From contig JAFCCW010000001.1 in assembly GCA_017609985.1 (NCBI GenBank), positions 32,001 to 96,000 of the forward strand: a DNA stretch of 64,000 nucleotides. Reading direction: 5' to 3'. Below are positions 49,269 through 58,548 of this stretch, piece after piece. This DNA comes from Candidatus Iainarchaeum sp. Lineage in GTDB: Archaea > Iainarchaeota > Iainarchaeia > Iainarchaeales > JAFCCW01. A program made the translations under genes and the position numbers. Every line of letters begins with the position of its first letter. Position 1 is the stretch's first letter. The notes under the pieces are model-generated. The model was not told the origin of the DNA. It saw only the letters and a list, made by a program, of their open reading frames with translations, and ran no database searches.

Positions 49269-50810
49269 ATGAAGTCTGAATGGATTGTGATTGCACTAAT
49301 TGGAATATCAATAATTTTAGCAGGATGCTTAACCGAGAATGCATTAAGCCCAAGCATAGTGATTGAAGAAGCAGACAAATTATTGGGAAAAGAACTTGCA
49401 GTGATTGGAGCCGCGAGAGGATTGGAAGGTTCAAATCCTGAAATAATATTGCTTTACGATTCTGAAAGAGGACTGGAAATAAGAGGAATTGATTTTCCAG
49501 AAGGATATTATGACAAAAAGTTTATCGCAACCGGAGTTCTAAAAGAAGAGAATGGAAAATATTACTTAGAAGCCAAAAAAATAGAGGAAGTAAGTGAGGT
49601 AATTCCAGACAATGGAGACGACTGTGTTTGCACAGCAGAGTATGCTCCTGTTTGTGGAACAGACGGAGAAACTTATAGTAATTCGTGCATGGCAGAATGC
49701 GCAGGAATAGAAATTGAGTATAGTGGAGAATGTGAATCTCAAGGATGTTACTGCCCCGAACTCTGGGACCCGGTTTGTGGAATAGATGGAGAAACATACG
49801 CAAACAGTTGCACAGCAGGGTGTGCAGGAGTAAAAATAAGCTATGACGAAGAATGCAGTGAGACAGGTTGTTCAGAAGGCTATGTTTATTCCGAAATGAG
49901 CTGTAAATGCGTTCCAGACCCATCTGATTGTGGTCTGTTGTTTGGAGATGAATGTGAACAAAACAGTGAATGTAGCTTGTTCAACAGAAGCGGAAGTTGC
50001 GGATGTCCAATGTGTGAAAACTTTCTGACACAATGCCTGCCAAAAACAGAGCCCGAGGAAAGATGTTATGGAGAAGGAGAATCCCTCGGAGCAGTAGTGC
50101 CAGAACATCTTGACAGAGAATGCTGTGAAGGACTGTATTCATATGTAGCGTGTGCTGGAGACGGAGTGATTGCAGGTTGCCCAATGGGAACAAGAGGAAC
50201 CTGTGAAAAACTTGTTAAGTCTCACAAAATGAACGAATGTGGCGGAAACAGCATAGAACCATACAGCACTATTGGAAACATTGTGTCAATTGAAGAAAAT
50301 GGAAGCTTGATAACAGTGGAAGCAGATTTTTCAACATATTGTGGAGGCACAGAAATAACAGCAAGTGCTGTGAAAAAAGGAAACAAAATTTACCTAAGCT
50401 ATAATGAAAAAATTGTTGGGAATTTAACAAAATGCATGTGTGCAAAAAGTGTGAAAACTGTATTGAGAAATTCTTTTATGGCATCAGAAATAGCAGAGAT
50501 TGTTTACAAAGGAGAAGAACTTGAACTGCCTGCAGAGAAAAAACCAAACGAAGAAGATTTATATTCCTGCAAGGAAGATGAAGACTGTGTTTCTATTGCA
50601 ACAGGATGCTGTGGATGTTCAATGGGCGGTTCAATGACTGCCATAAACAAATCTTACAAGGAATACTGGCAAGAGAGTGTAATAGGTGACTGCTTAAATA
50701 TTATGTGCCCTGCATGGTACAGATGTGAAGAATATGGGGCAGTGAGCTGTCAAAGCAACAAGTGTGAAATAGAGCTTATTTCACAGGGTGACATTATAGC
50801 CCAAGGTTAA
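49269..50810 (+). CDS. Cys-rich lipoprotein with two Kazal-type domains
   Basis: Lipobox LAGC; CTAEYAPVCGTDGETYSNSC and CPELWDPVCGIDGETYANSC. Confidence 0.85.
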   Translation: MKSEWIVIALIGISIILAGCLTENALSPSIVIEEADKLLGKELAVIGAARGLEGSNPEIILLYDSERGLEIRGIDFPEGYYDKKFIATGVLKEENGKYYLEAKKIEEVSEVIPDNGDDCVCTAEYAPVCGTDGETYSNSCMAECAGIEIEYSGECESQGCYCPELWDPVCGIDGETYANSCTAGCAGVKISYDEECSETGCSEGYVYSEMSCKCVPDPSDCGLLFGDECEQNSECSLFNRSGSCGCPMCENFLTQCLPKTEPEERCYGEGESLGAVVPEHLDRECCEGLYSYVACAGDGVIAGCPMGTRGTCEKLVKSHKMNECGGNSIEPYSTIGNIVSIEENGSLITVEADFSTYCGGTEITASAVKKGNKIYLSYNEKIVGNLTKCMCAKSVKTVLRNSFMASEIAEIVYKGEELELPAEKKPNEEDLYSCKEDEDCVSIATGCCGCSMGGSMTAINKSYKEYWQESVIGDCLNIMCPAWYRCEEYGAVSCQSNKCEIELISQGDIIAQG

Positions 50811-50816
50811 GAATGG

Positions 50817-51872
50817 TTAGGGTGCAAAAGAAATTCCCTGCACAGAAATTTTTGCAGGCTGTCCCATGCCCCCCACTACTTCAAACTTGCAACCGAGAAT
50901 TTTTTCACAAACAGAAATATTTGTAAGAGTGTGCTGGGAAAGCGCAGTGCACTGAATTTCACTTTTTCCGTTAGCAATAGCCATGAAGGGAATAAGCTGA
51001 TCTGCAAGATGAGAATCAACTGGCTTTGCAGGGCCTAGTTCAGCAAGAAGATTTTTTGCAGCCTGCTCTCCAATTTGTTCAGCAGGAATTCCCTTTTGCC
51101 CAATCGAACTTGCTCCGATTATAGAACCATCTGAAAACTTCGCAAACAAAGAAACTGAAGAACCAATAGTGTTAGAGCGATTAGGTTCTGCTTTGATTTC
51201 CTGATTCCAATCAAAATCAGAAAGATTGGATTTTTTAAGAAAATTTTTTGCACCAAGAGCCTGATTTCTGGAAACCTCTTGAGGAAGAGAAGAAGAAAAA
51301 GAGAAACATTCAATTGATTGAAGAGAACCCTGTTCAAGAAGAGTAATTGGTTTGAGAGGAAGAGAAGACTTTTTTGAAGTGAATGAAACAGAACCGTTTC
51401 CCTTCGGAAAAAAACCTGTCGAAATAAGTTTAAGAGAGAGTTTTGCACCTGCACGATTGAGAACTGGAAAAAGAAGCTTGTTCAAATAAGTTATTGTCGG
51501 CGCCCACTTGACTGACGTGCCCCCCTCAATTCTCACAGTGCAATCAACTGGAAGAGAAGCTGGAAGAATTTGCTGAAGAAGAAGAGAAATTGAACCAGCA
51601 GTGCCAATTTTTACTGCAAAACGAGAATCACTTATTTTTTCAGGTTTGAATGAAAGAGAATGGCTATTCCGAAACACTCCTGAAACCTCAGCAGAACAAA
51701 TATTTGCCAGGGCATTTACTCCAGCAATATGCTGAGGCTTAAGGCCTGGCGACGGGCGAGAAGAACGAATATTATTTATTTTTATTTCTTTGCCAGTTAA
51801 GGCAGCAAGGGACAGGGAAGTACGCAAAATTTGGCCCCCGCCCTCTCCCTCAGAACCATCTATTTCAAGCAT
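50817..51872 (-). CDS. rtcA: RNA 3'-terminal phosphate cyclase
   Basis: GEGGGQILR, PGLKPQH, DSHLADQL. Confidence 0.95.
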   Translation of the reverse strand: MLEIDGSEGEGGGQILRTSLSLAALTGKEIKINNIRSSRPSPGLKPQHIAGVNALANICSAEVSGVFRNSHSLSFKPEKISDSRFAVKIGTAGSISLLLQQILPASLPVDCTVRIEGGTSVKWAPTITYLNKLLFPVLNRAGAKLSLKLISTGFFPKGNGSVSFTSKKSSLPLKPITLLEQGSLQSIECFSFSSSLPQEVSRNQALGAKNFLKKSNLSDFDWNQEIKAEPNRSNTIGSSVSLFAKFSDGSIIGASSIGQKGIPAEQIGEQAAKNLLAELGPAKPVDSHLADQLIPFMAIANGKSEIQCTALSQHTLTNISVCEKILGCKFEVVGGMGQPAKISVQGISFAP

Positions 51873-51916
51873 ATAAAAATTAGTTGTGAATATTAATAAT
51901 AAGGTTTTGGAAGCTA

Positions 51917-52846
51917 TTGCGTGTGGTTGAGATGAAGGTTGTGGTAACAGGAAGCACTGGTTTTCTTGGAAAAGAAATTTGCAAACAACTGAGAGAAAAA
52001 GGATTCAGAGTAAAAGAATTTTCGCGCTCTCGGGGATTTGACCTGCTAAAAAAAGAAGACTGCGAAAAAGCCTGTGAAAAAGCAGACTATGTTGTTCATT
52101 CTGCAGCAATAATAAGTGAGAGAGAGAAAAACATAATGGAAGCAGTGAATGTGCAAGGCACAAAAAATATTCTGGAAGCAGCAGCGAAAGCAAGAGTAAA
52201 ACATTTTCTGCACGTAAGCAGCACCTCAGTTTATGGGATGCCAAAAGGGGAACTAACCGAAGAAAGCGAGAAACACCCAAAATATCTTTACGAAAAATCA
52301 AAGCTTGAAGCAGAAAAAGTTGTGCTAAGTTTTCAGGAAATGCTGCCAGTGACAATTATAAGGCCTCCAATAATTTTCGGAGCAAACAAGACCTGGGAAA
52401 AAATAATTGAATATGCAAAAAGCAAGAGCCCTGTTCCAGGAGATGGAAAAAACCCATTCCAGTTTGGGTACATAAAAAATATAGCTTCAGCAATAGTGTT
52501 CCTGCTTGGAAAAGAAGAAGCTTTTTCAGAAGCATATCTTGTGGCAGATGACGAAAAGAAAAGCTTTGAAGAAGTAGTAAAACTTTTTAGAAGAGAATTA
52601 GGATTAAGTGAAAAAACTGTGAAAATCCCATTATGGATTGCGCTGACAGGAGCTTATGGAATAGAATTTTTTGCAAAGGCAAGAGGAAAATATACTTCTT
52701 ATTCCCCAGAGAATGTGAAAAGACTTGCAAAGAGAATGGAGTATGATATTTCAAAAATTAAAAATTTGGGGTGGAAGCCAAAGTATGGAGTGGAGGAAGC
52801 AGTAAAGGAAGTAGTTGGGGAGTTAAAGAATGAAGGAAAGCTTTGA
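51917..52846 (+). CDS. NAD-dependent epimerase/dehydratase (extended SDR)
   Basis: TGSTGFLG, SSTSVYG, YEKSK. Confidence 0.9.
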   Translation: MRVVEMKVVVTGSTGFLGKEICKQLREKGFRVKEFSRSRGFDLLKKEDCEKACEKADYVVHSAAIISEREKNIMEAVNVQGTKNILEAAAKARVKHFLHVSSTSVYGMPKGELTEESEKHPKYLYEKSKLEAEKVVLSFQEMLPVTIIRPPIIFGANKTWEKIIEYAKSKSPVPGDGKNPFQFGYIKNIASAIVFLLGKEEAFSEAYLVADDEKKSFEEVVKLFRRELGLSEKTVKIPLWIALTGAYGIEFFAKARGKYTSYSPENVKRLAKRMEYDISKIKNLGWKPKYGVEEAVKEVVGELKNEGKL

Positions 52847-53216
52847 AGAACTTTTAAAAGTAATGGAACGACTCAGGAAAGAATGTGACTGGGACAAAGA
52901 ACAGAGTTTCGAAACACTTGTCCCATATACACTGGAAGAAGCACAGGAAATAGCAGAAGCAGTTGAAAAAAAAGACTGGGACAACCTAAAAGAAGAACTT
53001 GGGGATGTGCTGTACCACATACTGTTTTATTCAGAAATTGCAAAAGAACAAGGCTTGTTTGACATTAAAGACGTGCTGAAAGAAGCAAGAAAAAAACTTG
53101 TTAGAAGGCACCCGCATGTGTTTGGAGATGTGAAGGTTAGTGGAGTAAAAGAAATAAAAGAAAACTGGAAGAGAATTAAAGAAGAAGAAAAGAAAGAGAA
53201 AGAAAAAAAAGCCTGA
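52830..53216 (+). CDS. mazG: MazG-family nucleotide pyrophosphohydrolase (single domain)
   Basis: CDWDKEQ, EEAQE, EELGD, RRHPHVF. Confidence 0.9.
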   Translation: MKESFEELLKVMERLRKECDWDKEQSFETLVPYTLEEAQEIAEAVEKKDWDNLKEELGDVLYHILFYSEIAKEQGLFDIKDVLKEARKKLVRRHPHVFGDVKVSGVKEIKENWKRIKEEEKKEKEKKA

Positions 53217-53323
53217 AAAAATAAGAAAAAGCATAAAGAAAAAAACAAACATGCGGAAAGTAAAAAATAAAGAAAAAAAGTAAAAAAAAGAAAATTCAAA
53301 AAAATAAAAAAAATGAAAATAGA

Positions 53324-54094
53324 TTATTTTTTCTTTTTTCCAGCAAGTCTGATTGCTTTTGAAAAAGAAGAAATTTTTTTCTTCAAAGCTTTTGCGTTTT
53401 CAAAAGCAGTGCCTATAACAATTATGTCAGCACCCGCCAAAACACGCTCTGACGCCTGCTTTGGAGTCTTGATTCCCCCTCCAACAATCAAAGGAATTGA
53501 ACCAAGAGCTTGCTTTGCATATTTCACAATTGGAAGAGTTACTGGAAACTCTGCTCCACTTCCAGCTTCAAGATAAACTAATCGCATTCCCATCAGCTTT
53601 GCTGCAAGAGCATAAGCAGAAGTAAGTTTTGGTTTACGAACAGGAAGCGGACGCACATCTCCAACCCAGCCAGCAGCAGTGTTCTGACCTGGTTCCACAA
53701 CCAAATAAGCCATCGGAACAGTTTCAATTCCACTTCTTGCAACAAGGGGAGCAGCAAGAGCCTGAACTCCAGAAATATAGTAAGGATTTCTGGAATTGAG
53801 AAGAGACATGAAAAGAAGAACATCAGCGTAACTGCTTACACCTGAGATGTCGCCGGGAAACAAAAGAACAGGAAGTTCTGGAGCAGATTTCTTGATTGAC
53901 TTAATAGTATTGTCAAGAAGCTCGCCCTGCACACCCACGGTTCCCCCAACAAGAATAGCATCAGCTCCGCCAGCCATAGCCTGCTTTGCAGTCCCGCCAG
54001 CATTTTCATAACCAACATCCTCCGGGTCAATTAACACAAACAAAAGAGCTTTTTCTTTTTTAATTTTTTTTAAAATTTCATCAAAGACAGACAC
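53324..54094 (-). CDS. Geranylgeranylglyceryl phosphate synthase (group II), canonical copy
   Basis: LIDPE, VGG, LFPG, SLLNS, YLEAGSG, VGGGI, IGT. Confidence 0.9.
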   Translation of the reverse strand: MSVFDEILKKIKKEKALLFVLIDPEDVGYENAGGTAKQAMAGGADAILVGGTVGVQGELLDNTIKSIKKSAPELPVLLFPGDISGVSSYADVLLFMSLLNSRNPYYISGVQALAAPLVARSGIETVPMAYLVVEPGQNTAAGWVGDVRPLPVRKPKLTSAYALAAKLMGMRLVYLEAGSGAEFPVTLPIVKYAKQALGSIPLIVGGGIKTPKQASERVLAGADIIVIGTAFENAKALKKKISSFSKAIRLAGKKKK

Positions 54095-54109
54095 AACAAA
54101 AACCTCGCA

Positions 54110-54904
54110 TTATTTTCGTTTCCTAACTCCTTTTTCAACAGCAGAAACAAGACCTGAAACAACTTTTTCAGCTTTCTTCAAATCTCCTCCTGTTTTTTCA
54201 AGAGCAGTTCCAAAATGAATTATTGAAGCACCCGCAAGAGCTGTTTCAAAAGCATAATTTTCATTTCTAACACCGCCTGCAACAACAAGGGGAATATTAG
54301 TCATTGAAGAAACATGAGCAACCATTTCGGGAGGAGCAGGAGAATGAGCTCCCCCGCCAGACTCAAGAATTGTAAGATGGGCTCCAAGATACTGGCCAGC
54401 TAAAGCAGTTGCAGAAGCAAGATATGGTTTGTCACGCGGAATAAGATGAGCGCGACCAACCCAGCCAACTGCTCTGCCAGGCTCGGTGATAATGTAAGAA
54501 GTGGGAATGACTTCCAGCCCCATTTTTTTTACGGGAATAGAAGAAGCAGTTTGTGCTCCAGAAATAAAATAAGGGTCAAGAGAATTAAGCATTGACATAA
54601 AATAAATAGCATCAGCGTTGGGGGAGAGAGTTGCAATGTTTCCAGGAAACAAAATAACTGGAAGAGAACAAGAAGCTTTTATTTCATCAATTGTTTCATG
54701 CAAAAGCTTTCCCTGCGCGCCAACACTTCCACCAACAGCAACAGCAAATATTCCATTTTTTTCAGCAACAGAAGCTATTTTTCCAGCAGTTTCAACGCTC
54801 TGATTAGGAGGGTCAATCACAAGAAAAGGAAGACATTTCATTTCAGAAATCCCATTAAGGATGGTTTCATAAACTTTTCCAAAGTGTGAATGCATCAAAA
54901 TCAC
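54110..54904 (-). CDS. GGGP synthase paralog (divergent)
   Basis: VIDPP, VGGS, LFPG, SMLNS, ILESGGG, AGGVR. Confidence 0.85.
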   Translation of the reverse strand: MILMHSHFGKVYETILNGISEMKCLPFLVIDPPNQSVETAGKIASVAEKNGIFAVAVGGSVGAQGKLLHETIDEIKASCSLPVILFPGNIATLSPNADAIYFMSMLNSLDPYFISGAQTASSIPVKKMGLEVIPTSYIITEPGRAVGWVGRAHLIPRDKPYLASATALAGQYLGAHLTILESGGGAHSPAPPEMVAHVSSMTNIPLVVAGGVRNENYAFETALAGASIIHFGTALEKTGGDLKKAEKVVSGLVSAVEKGVRKRK

Positions 54905-54906
54905 TT

Positions 54907-55566
54907 CTATAAATAAGCGGAGCCAAAAGTTTTTAAAGCAGTTTTAATGTTTTTTTCCTGCTCGCCTCTGAGCACGAGACCGTGGCCTGGGAGAAGCAAA
55001 TCAAAGTCAATTTTTAGAAGAGAAGAAATTGATTTTTCAAGTTCCAAGGGACTTCCCGACGGCAAATCATCCCTGCCTCTGCTACCATAAAATAGAGTGT
55101 CTCCACTGAAAAGAAGGCCAAGATTTTTCTCTAAAAAACAAACACTTCCAGAAGTGTGACCAGGGGAAGGAATTACTTCAAGAAAAAAAGGAGAAATTGC
55201 AAGCTTTCTCTTTCTGGAAAGAGAAACAGAAATCTTGGGAAAAAAACTTGTTCCAAAAAGAGAGGACACAGTAAAATCAGCGTCCTTGTCAGATACTTTT
55301 CCAGAATCAGGAGAATGCATAAAAGATTCAGCATTGGAGAAGGGTTGAGAAGCAGAAAAATGGTCAGAATGACCGTGAGAAAAAATCAAAAAATCAATTT
55401 CTTTTGGAGAAACACCGAGGCTTGCAAGAGACTCAACCAGATACTGGGTGTTTTGCTCAATTCCAGGATCAATCAATGCTTTTTTTTCTCCAAGAAGCAG
55501 GAAGGAATTGCTTCCAGAATTAGGAGAATATAGAACAAAGGCGTTTTCAGCTATCTTTTCGAACAT
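54907..55566 (-). CDS. MBL-fold metallo-hydrolase
   Basis: HGHSDH, PGHT.GS, SGDTLF, PGHG. Confidence 0.9.
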   Translation of the reverse strand: MFEKIAENAFVLYSPNSGSNSFLLLGEKKALIDPGIEQNTQYLVESLASLGVSPKEIDFLIFSHGHSDHFSASQPFSNAESFMHSPDSGKVSDKDADFTVSSLFGTSFFPKISVSLSRKRKLAISPFFLEVIPSPGHTSGSVCFLEKNLGLLFSGDTLFYGSRGRDDLPSGSPLELEKSISSLLKIDFDLLLPGHGLVLRGEQEKNIKTALKTFGSAYL

Positions 55567-55603
55567 TTAAAGGAATAGAGGCAAAATCGTTAAAAGCAGT
55601 TTC

Positions 55604-56938
55604 ATGAAAGAAATGAGTATGGACATAAATAATACTGAAGAAATCATTGCACACATCAGAGAAAAGACTGGAAAAGAAGACGAAGAAGTCAAACAATTGA
55701 TTGAAAACAAGAAAGAACGATTTTCAGGACTGTTAACTGATGCTGGAGCCGCATTCATGGTAGCCAAAGAACTCAAGCTAGATGTGAATGCAGCAGAAAG
55801 TGTTTCTGAAAACCTGAAAATAAACCAGTTAGAAGAAGGAATGAACAATGTTGATGTTGCAGGAATAGTTAAGCAAATTTTTTCACCAAGAACATTTGAA
55901 AAAGAGGGAAAAAAAGGATTATTAAACAACCTGATTATTGCAGACAACTCTGGAGAAATACGAGCAACAGTCTGGAACCAGGATGTAAAAAAGCTGGAAG
56001 AACTAAAAGTAGAAAAAGGCAGCAAATTGAGATTAAAAAACTGTTATGTAAGCGCATACAATGAAAAACCACAGATAAACCTTGGATTCAACGGAGAAAT
56101 GATTGTTAACCCAAGTGACTTAACAGAAGGATTTCCAAAAATAGAAACCAATGAAAAAAAAATAGCTGAGTTGAGAGAAGGATTATCAAGTGTTGATGTA
56201 AAAGCCAGAGTGATAAGAGTCTATGAAGAAAGCGGTTTTGAAAAAGACGGAAGAAAAGGAAAGGTTAGAAACTTTGAAATAGGGGATGATACAGGAAAAA
56301 TCAGAGCAACAGCATGGAATGATTTAAGTGAACAAGTAGGAAAATTAGACCAAGGAGATCCAATCAAAATAGAAAATGGATACACAAAAAAAGGACTCAA
56401 AGAAGAGCCAGAACTGCATCTTGGCTGGAGTGCAAGAATAGTAACTGCAGAAGACGAAGGACTTCCAAAAATTGAAGAATTGACCGACGAAAAAATAGAG
56501 AAGAAAAAAATTGCAGATTTAGGGGAAGGAGACAAGTTTGTGGAAATAGAGGGAAGAATTATTGCTGTGCAACCAGGCAAATTGTTCTACGAAGTCTGCG
56601 GAAAATGTGGAAGAAAAGCAAAACAGCTGGAAACAGGAAAAGTTTGCGAAAATTGTGGAGAAATAGAAAAGGAAGACATTAACCTTGTTATTGGAGTGCG
56701 AGTTGATGATGGAAGTGCACAGATAGATGTTGCAGGATTTGGAAACTCAGCAGAAAAAATAATCGGGCTGGGAAAAGAAGAATTCAAGAAAAAAGAAAAA
56801 GAAGAAGGAATAGAAAAAATATTCAACGAGCTGGAAAAAGAGCTTGTTGAAAAGAAAATAAAAACAAGCGGTTATGTGAGAAAAAACACTTTCTCAGACC
56901 AGCTAGAGTTTGTAGTGAAGACAGTGAAGTTTGAATAA
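55604..56938 (+). CDS. rpa: Replication protein A (multi-OB fold, Zn finger)
   Basis: Repeated OB folds (D.SG.IRAT.WN); CGKC...CENC. Confidence 0.9.
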   Translation: MKEMSMDINNTEEIIAHIREKTGKEDEEVKQLIENKKERFSGLLTDAGAAFMVAKELKLDVNAAESVSENLKINQLEEGMNNVDVAGIVKQIFSPRTFEKEGKKGLLNNLIIADNSGEIRATVWNQDVKKLEELKVEKGSKLRLKNCYVSAYNEKPQINLGFNGEMIVNPSDLTEGFPKIETNEKKIAELREGLSSVDVKARVIRVYEESGFEKDGRKGKVRNFEIGDDTGKIRATAWNDLSEQVGKLDQGDPIKIENGYTKKGLKEEPELHLGWSARIVTAEDEGLPKIEELTDEKIEKKKIADLGEGDKFVEIEGRIIAVQPGKLFYEVCGKCGRKAKQLETGKVCENCGEIEKEDINLVIGVRVDDGSAQIDVAGFGNSAEKIIGLGKEEFKKKEKEEGIEKIFNELEKELVEKKIKTSGYVRKNTFSDQLEFVVKTVKFE

Positions 56939-56947
56939 AAACTGATT

Positions 56948-57529
56948 TTATGGTGCAGGGAGCAGAAATAATAAAAAAATATAAAGGCAAAATATTGCCA
57001 GCAACTCAACCCACCCCCAAGCAAGAACAAGAATGAAATTCCAAACAATCAAAACCTTTATCATCAACCATGCCTGCTCAGTTGAAATCCTTTTAACCGC
57101 TAAACGAATCAGATAAATTATTATAGCAAAAATCAAAACCGTAAAAAGCAGAATAGTGAAAAGCTTTAATGCGACAACTTCTGTTGAATGAGACCACCCA
57201 TCAAGGGAAAGCAATGAAAGCAGTCCCGAAGATGCAAACACACCAGTAATAAGGGCAACAGGAAACACAGAAATAACAATTGATGGAAGAAGGGAAACAG
57301 TAAGAGAAAGCCAGATTTTGCCTTTCTTGAAAAGCCATATTGACAAAAAAGAAACAGCCAAAAACAACAGCACGTGAAACAGCAACAACCCAATGCTGAT
57401 TACACCAGCTTCAAATTCATCAAAATAATTAAGGTCTGAAAACCCAACGAAATATAAAAACAGCTCAAAAATCAGGAAAAGCAATGCAACGGCCACCACA
57501 ACAATTTGCACATTAAGACTTGTTTTCAT
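56948..57529 (-). CDS. Hypothetical membrane protein
   Basis: Several hydrophobic helices. Confidence 0.6.
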   Translation of the reverse strand: MKTSLNVQIVVVAVALLFLIFELFLYFVGFSDLNYFDEFEAGVISIGLLLFHVLLFLAVSFLSIWLFKKGKIWLSLTVSLLPSIVISVFPVALITGVFASSGLLSLLSLDGWSHSTEVVALKLFTILLFTVLIFAIIIYLIRLAVKRISTEQAWLMIKVLIVWNFILVLAWGWVELLAIFCLYIFLLFLLPAP

Positions 57530-57676
57530 CGAGCTACAAGGAATTTGAGATATATAAATTTTTGTAGAATAAAATTCACCGGAAACCCAGAGCCCAAAAG
57601 CAATTTTAAATAACAGAATTATAATTTTTATTGAGCAGGCTAAGAAAGTGGTTGAAAGAAAGAATTAAAAAGTAGT

Positions 57677-57695
57677 TATAACATTAAATGTTATA
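57677..57695. promoter_or_regulatory. Palindromic operator upstream of putative TA operon
   Basis: Perfect IR TATAACATT-A-AATGTTATA 12 nt before start. Confidence 0.6.
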
Positions 57696-57707
57696 TGAGT
57701 TGGTTGA

Positions 57708-58043
57708 ATGAGTTTAAAGGAGTATGTCTCAAGGCTAAGCAGAGAGGATTTTATTTATGTCATGATTGAAACAGCAGAAGGAAAGACGGTTAATTTGACA
57801 GTGGTTTATTTCAGTGAATTTGATGGGTTTGCAGAGGAAATTTTTAGGGTTGACTGTGCGCACGGCTTTCTGCACAAGCATTTGCTCTTTAAGCCAAAGG
57901 AAAGAATTGAAATAATTGAAAGAGAACTAAGCGGAGAACTTGACAAAGAGCTTGTTGATGAAATAAAAGCGAACTGGAAAGAAATGAAGAAAAAATATTT
58001 CCTATTAAAGAAAAGAGGTGAATTAAGTGGACAAAAAAGTTAA
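57708..58043 (+). CDS. Putative toxin (TumE/DUF6516-like)
   Basis: RVDCAHG..HKH resembles the R.DN.H...H.H pattern; overlaps downstream HTH gene. Confidence 0.55.
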   Translation: MSLKEYVSRLSREDFIYVMIETAEGKTVNLTVVYFSEFDGFAEEIFRVDCAHGFLHKHLLFKPKERIEIIERELSGELDKELVDEIKANWKEMKKKYFLLKKRGELSGQKS

Positions 58044-58389
58044 GGATTTTGAAATCCGCATTGGAAGAGACTTTGGAAAAAAAATAGGCTACTTAATTGA
58101 CCACCCCAAAGAACTGGACAAAGAGCCGAGAAGAGTGCTTTACGTGGACGACCTAGAGATGCTTGCAGCCATAATCTCTAACAAAAAACTGCAGCTGATA
58201 AAATTCATTGGAAACAACAAAATCAGTTCAGTGAGCGAGCTGGCAAAGAAACTGAACCGGAAACAAGAGGCAGTCAGCAGAGACATCAGCAAGCTGGAGT
58301 CAGTAGGACTGCTCAAAAAAGAGAGAAAAGGAAAGAATATTGTGCCAAAGATTGCAGCAAAAAGCATTACTATTTCGCTGACTGGATAG
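58027..58389 (+). CDS. HTH DNA-binding protein, putative antitoxin
   Basis: SVSELAKKLNRKQEAVSRDISKLESVGL. Confidence 0.75.
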   Translation: MDKKVKDFEIRIGRDFGKKIGYLIDHPKELDKEPRRVLYVDDLEMLAAIISNKKLQLIKFIGNNKISSVSELAKKLNRKQEAVSRDISKLESVGLLKKERKGKNIVPKIAAKSITISLTG

Positions 58390-58548
58390 ATGAAATTTAA
58401 ATCTTTCCAAAGTTCACCGGCAAGCCAGTGTCTGAAAAGGATTTAAAAAGAAACAATCTTATTTTTAGTGACCAAAAAAAGCAATGCAAAGGGGAATTGC
58501 CTCCCAAAGCAAGTTCCTCAAAAAGCATCTGCTTAAGGAGGAGATAAA

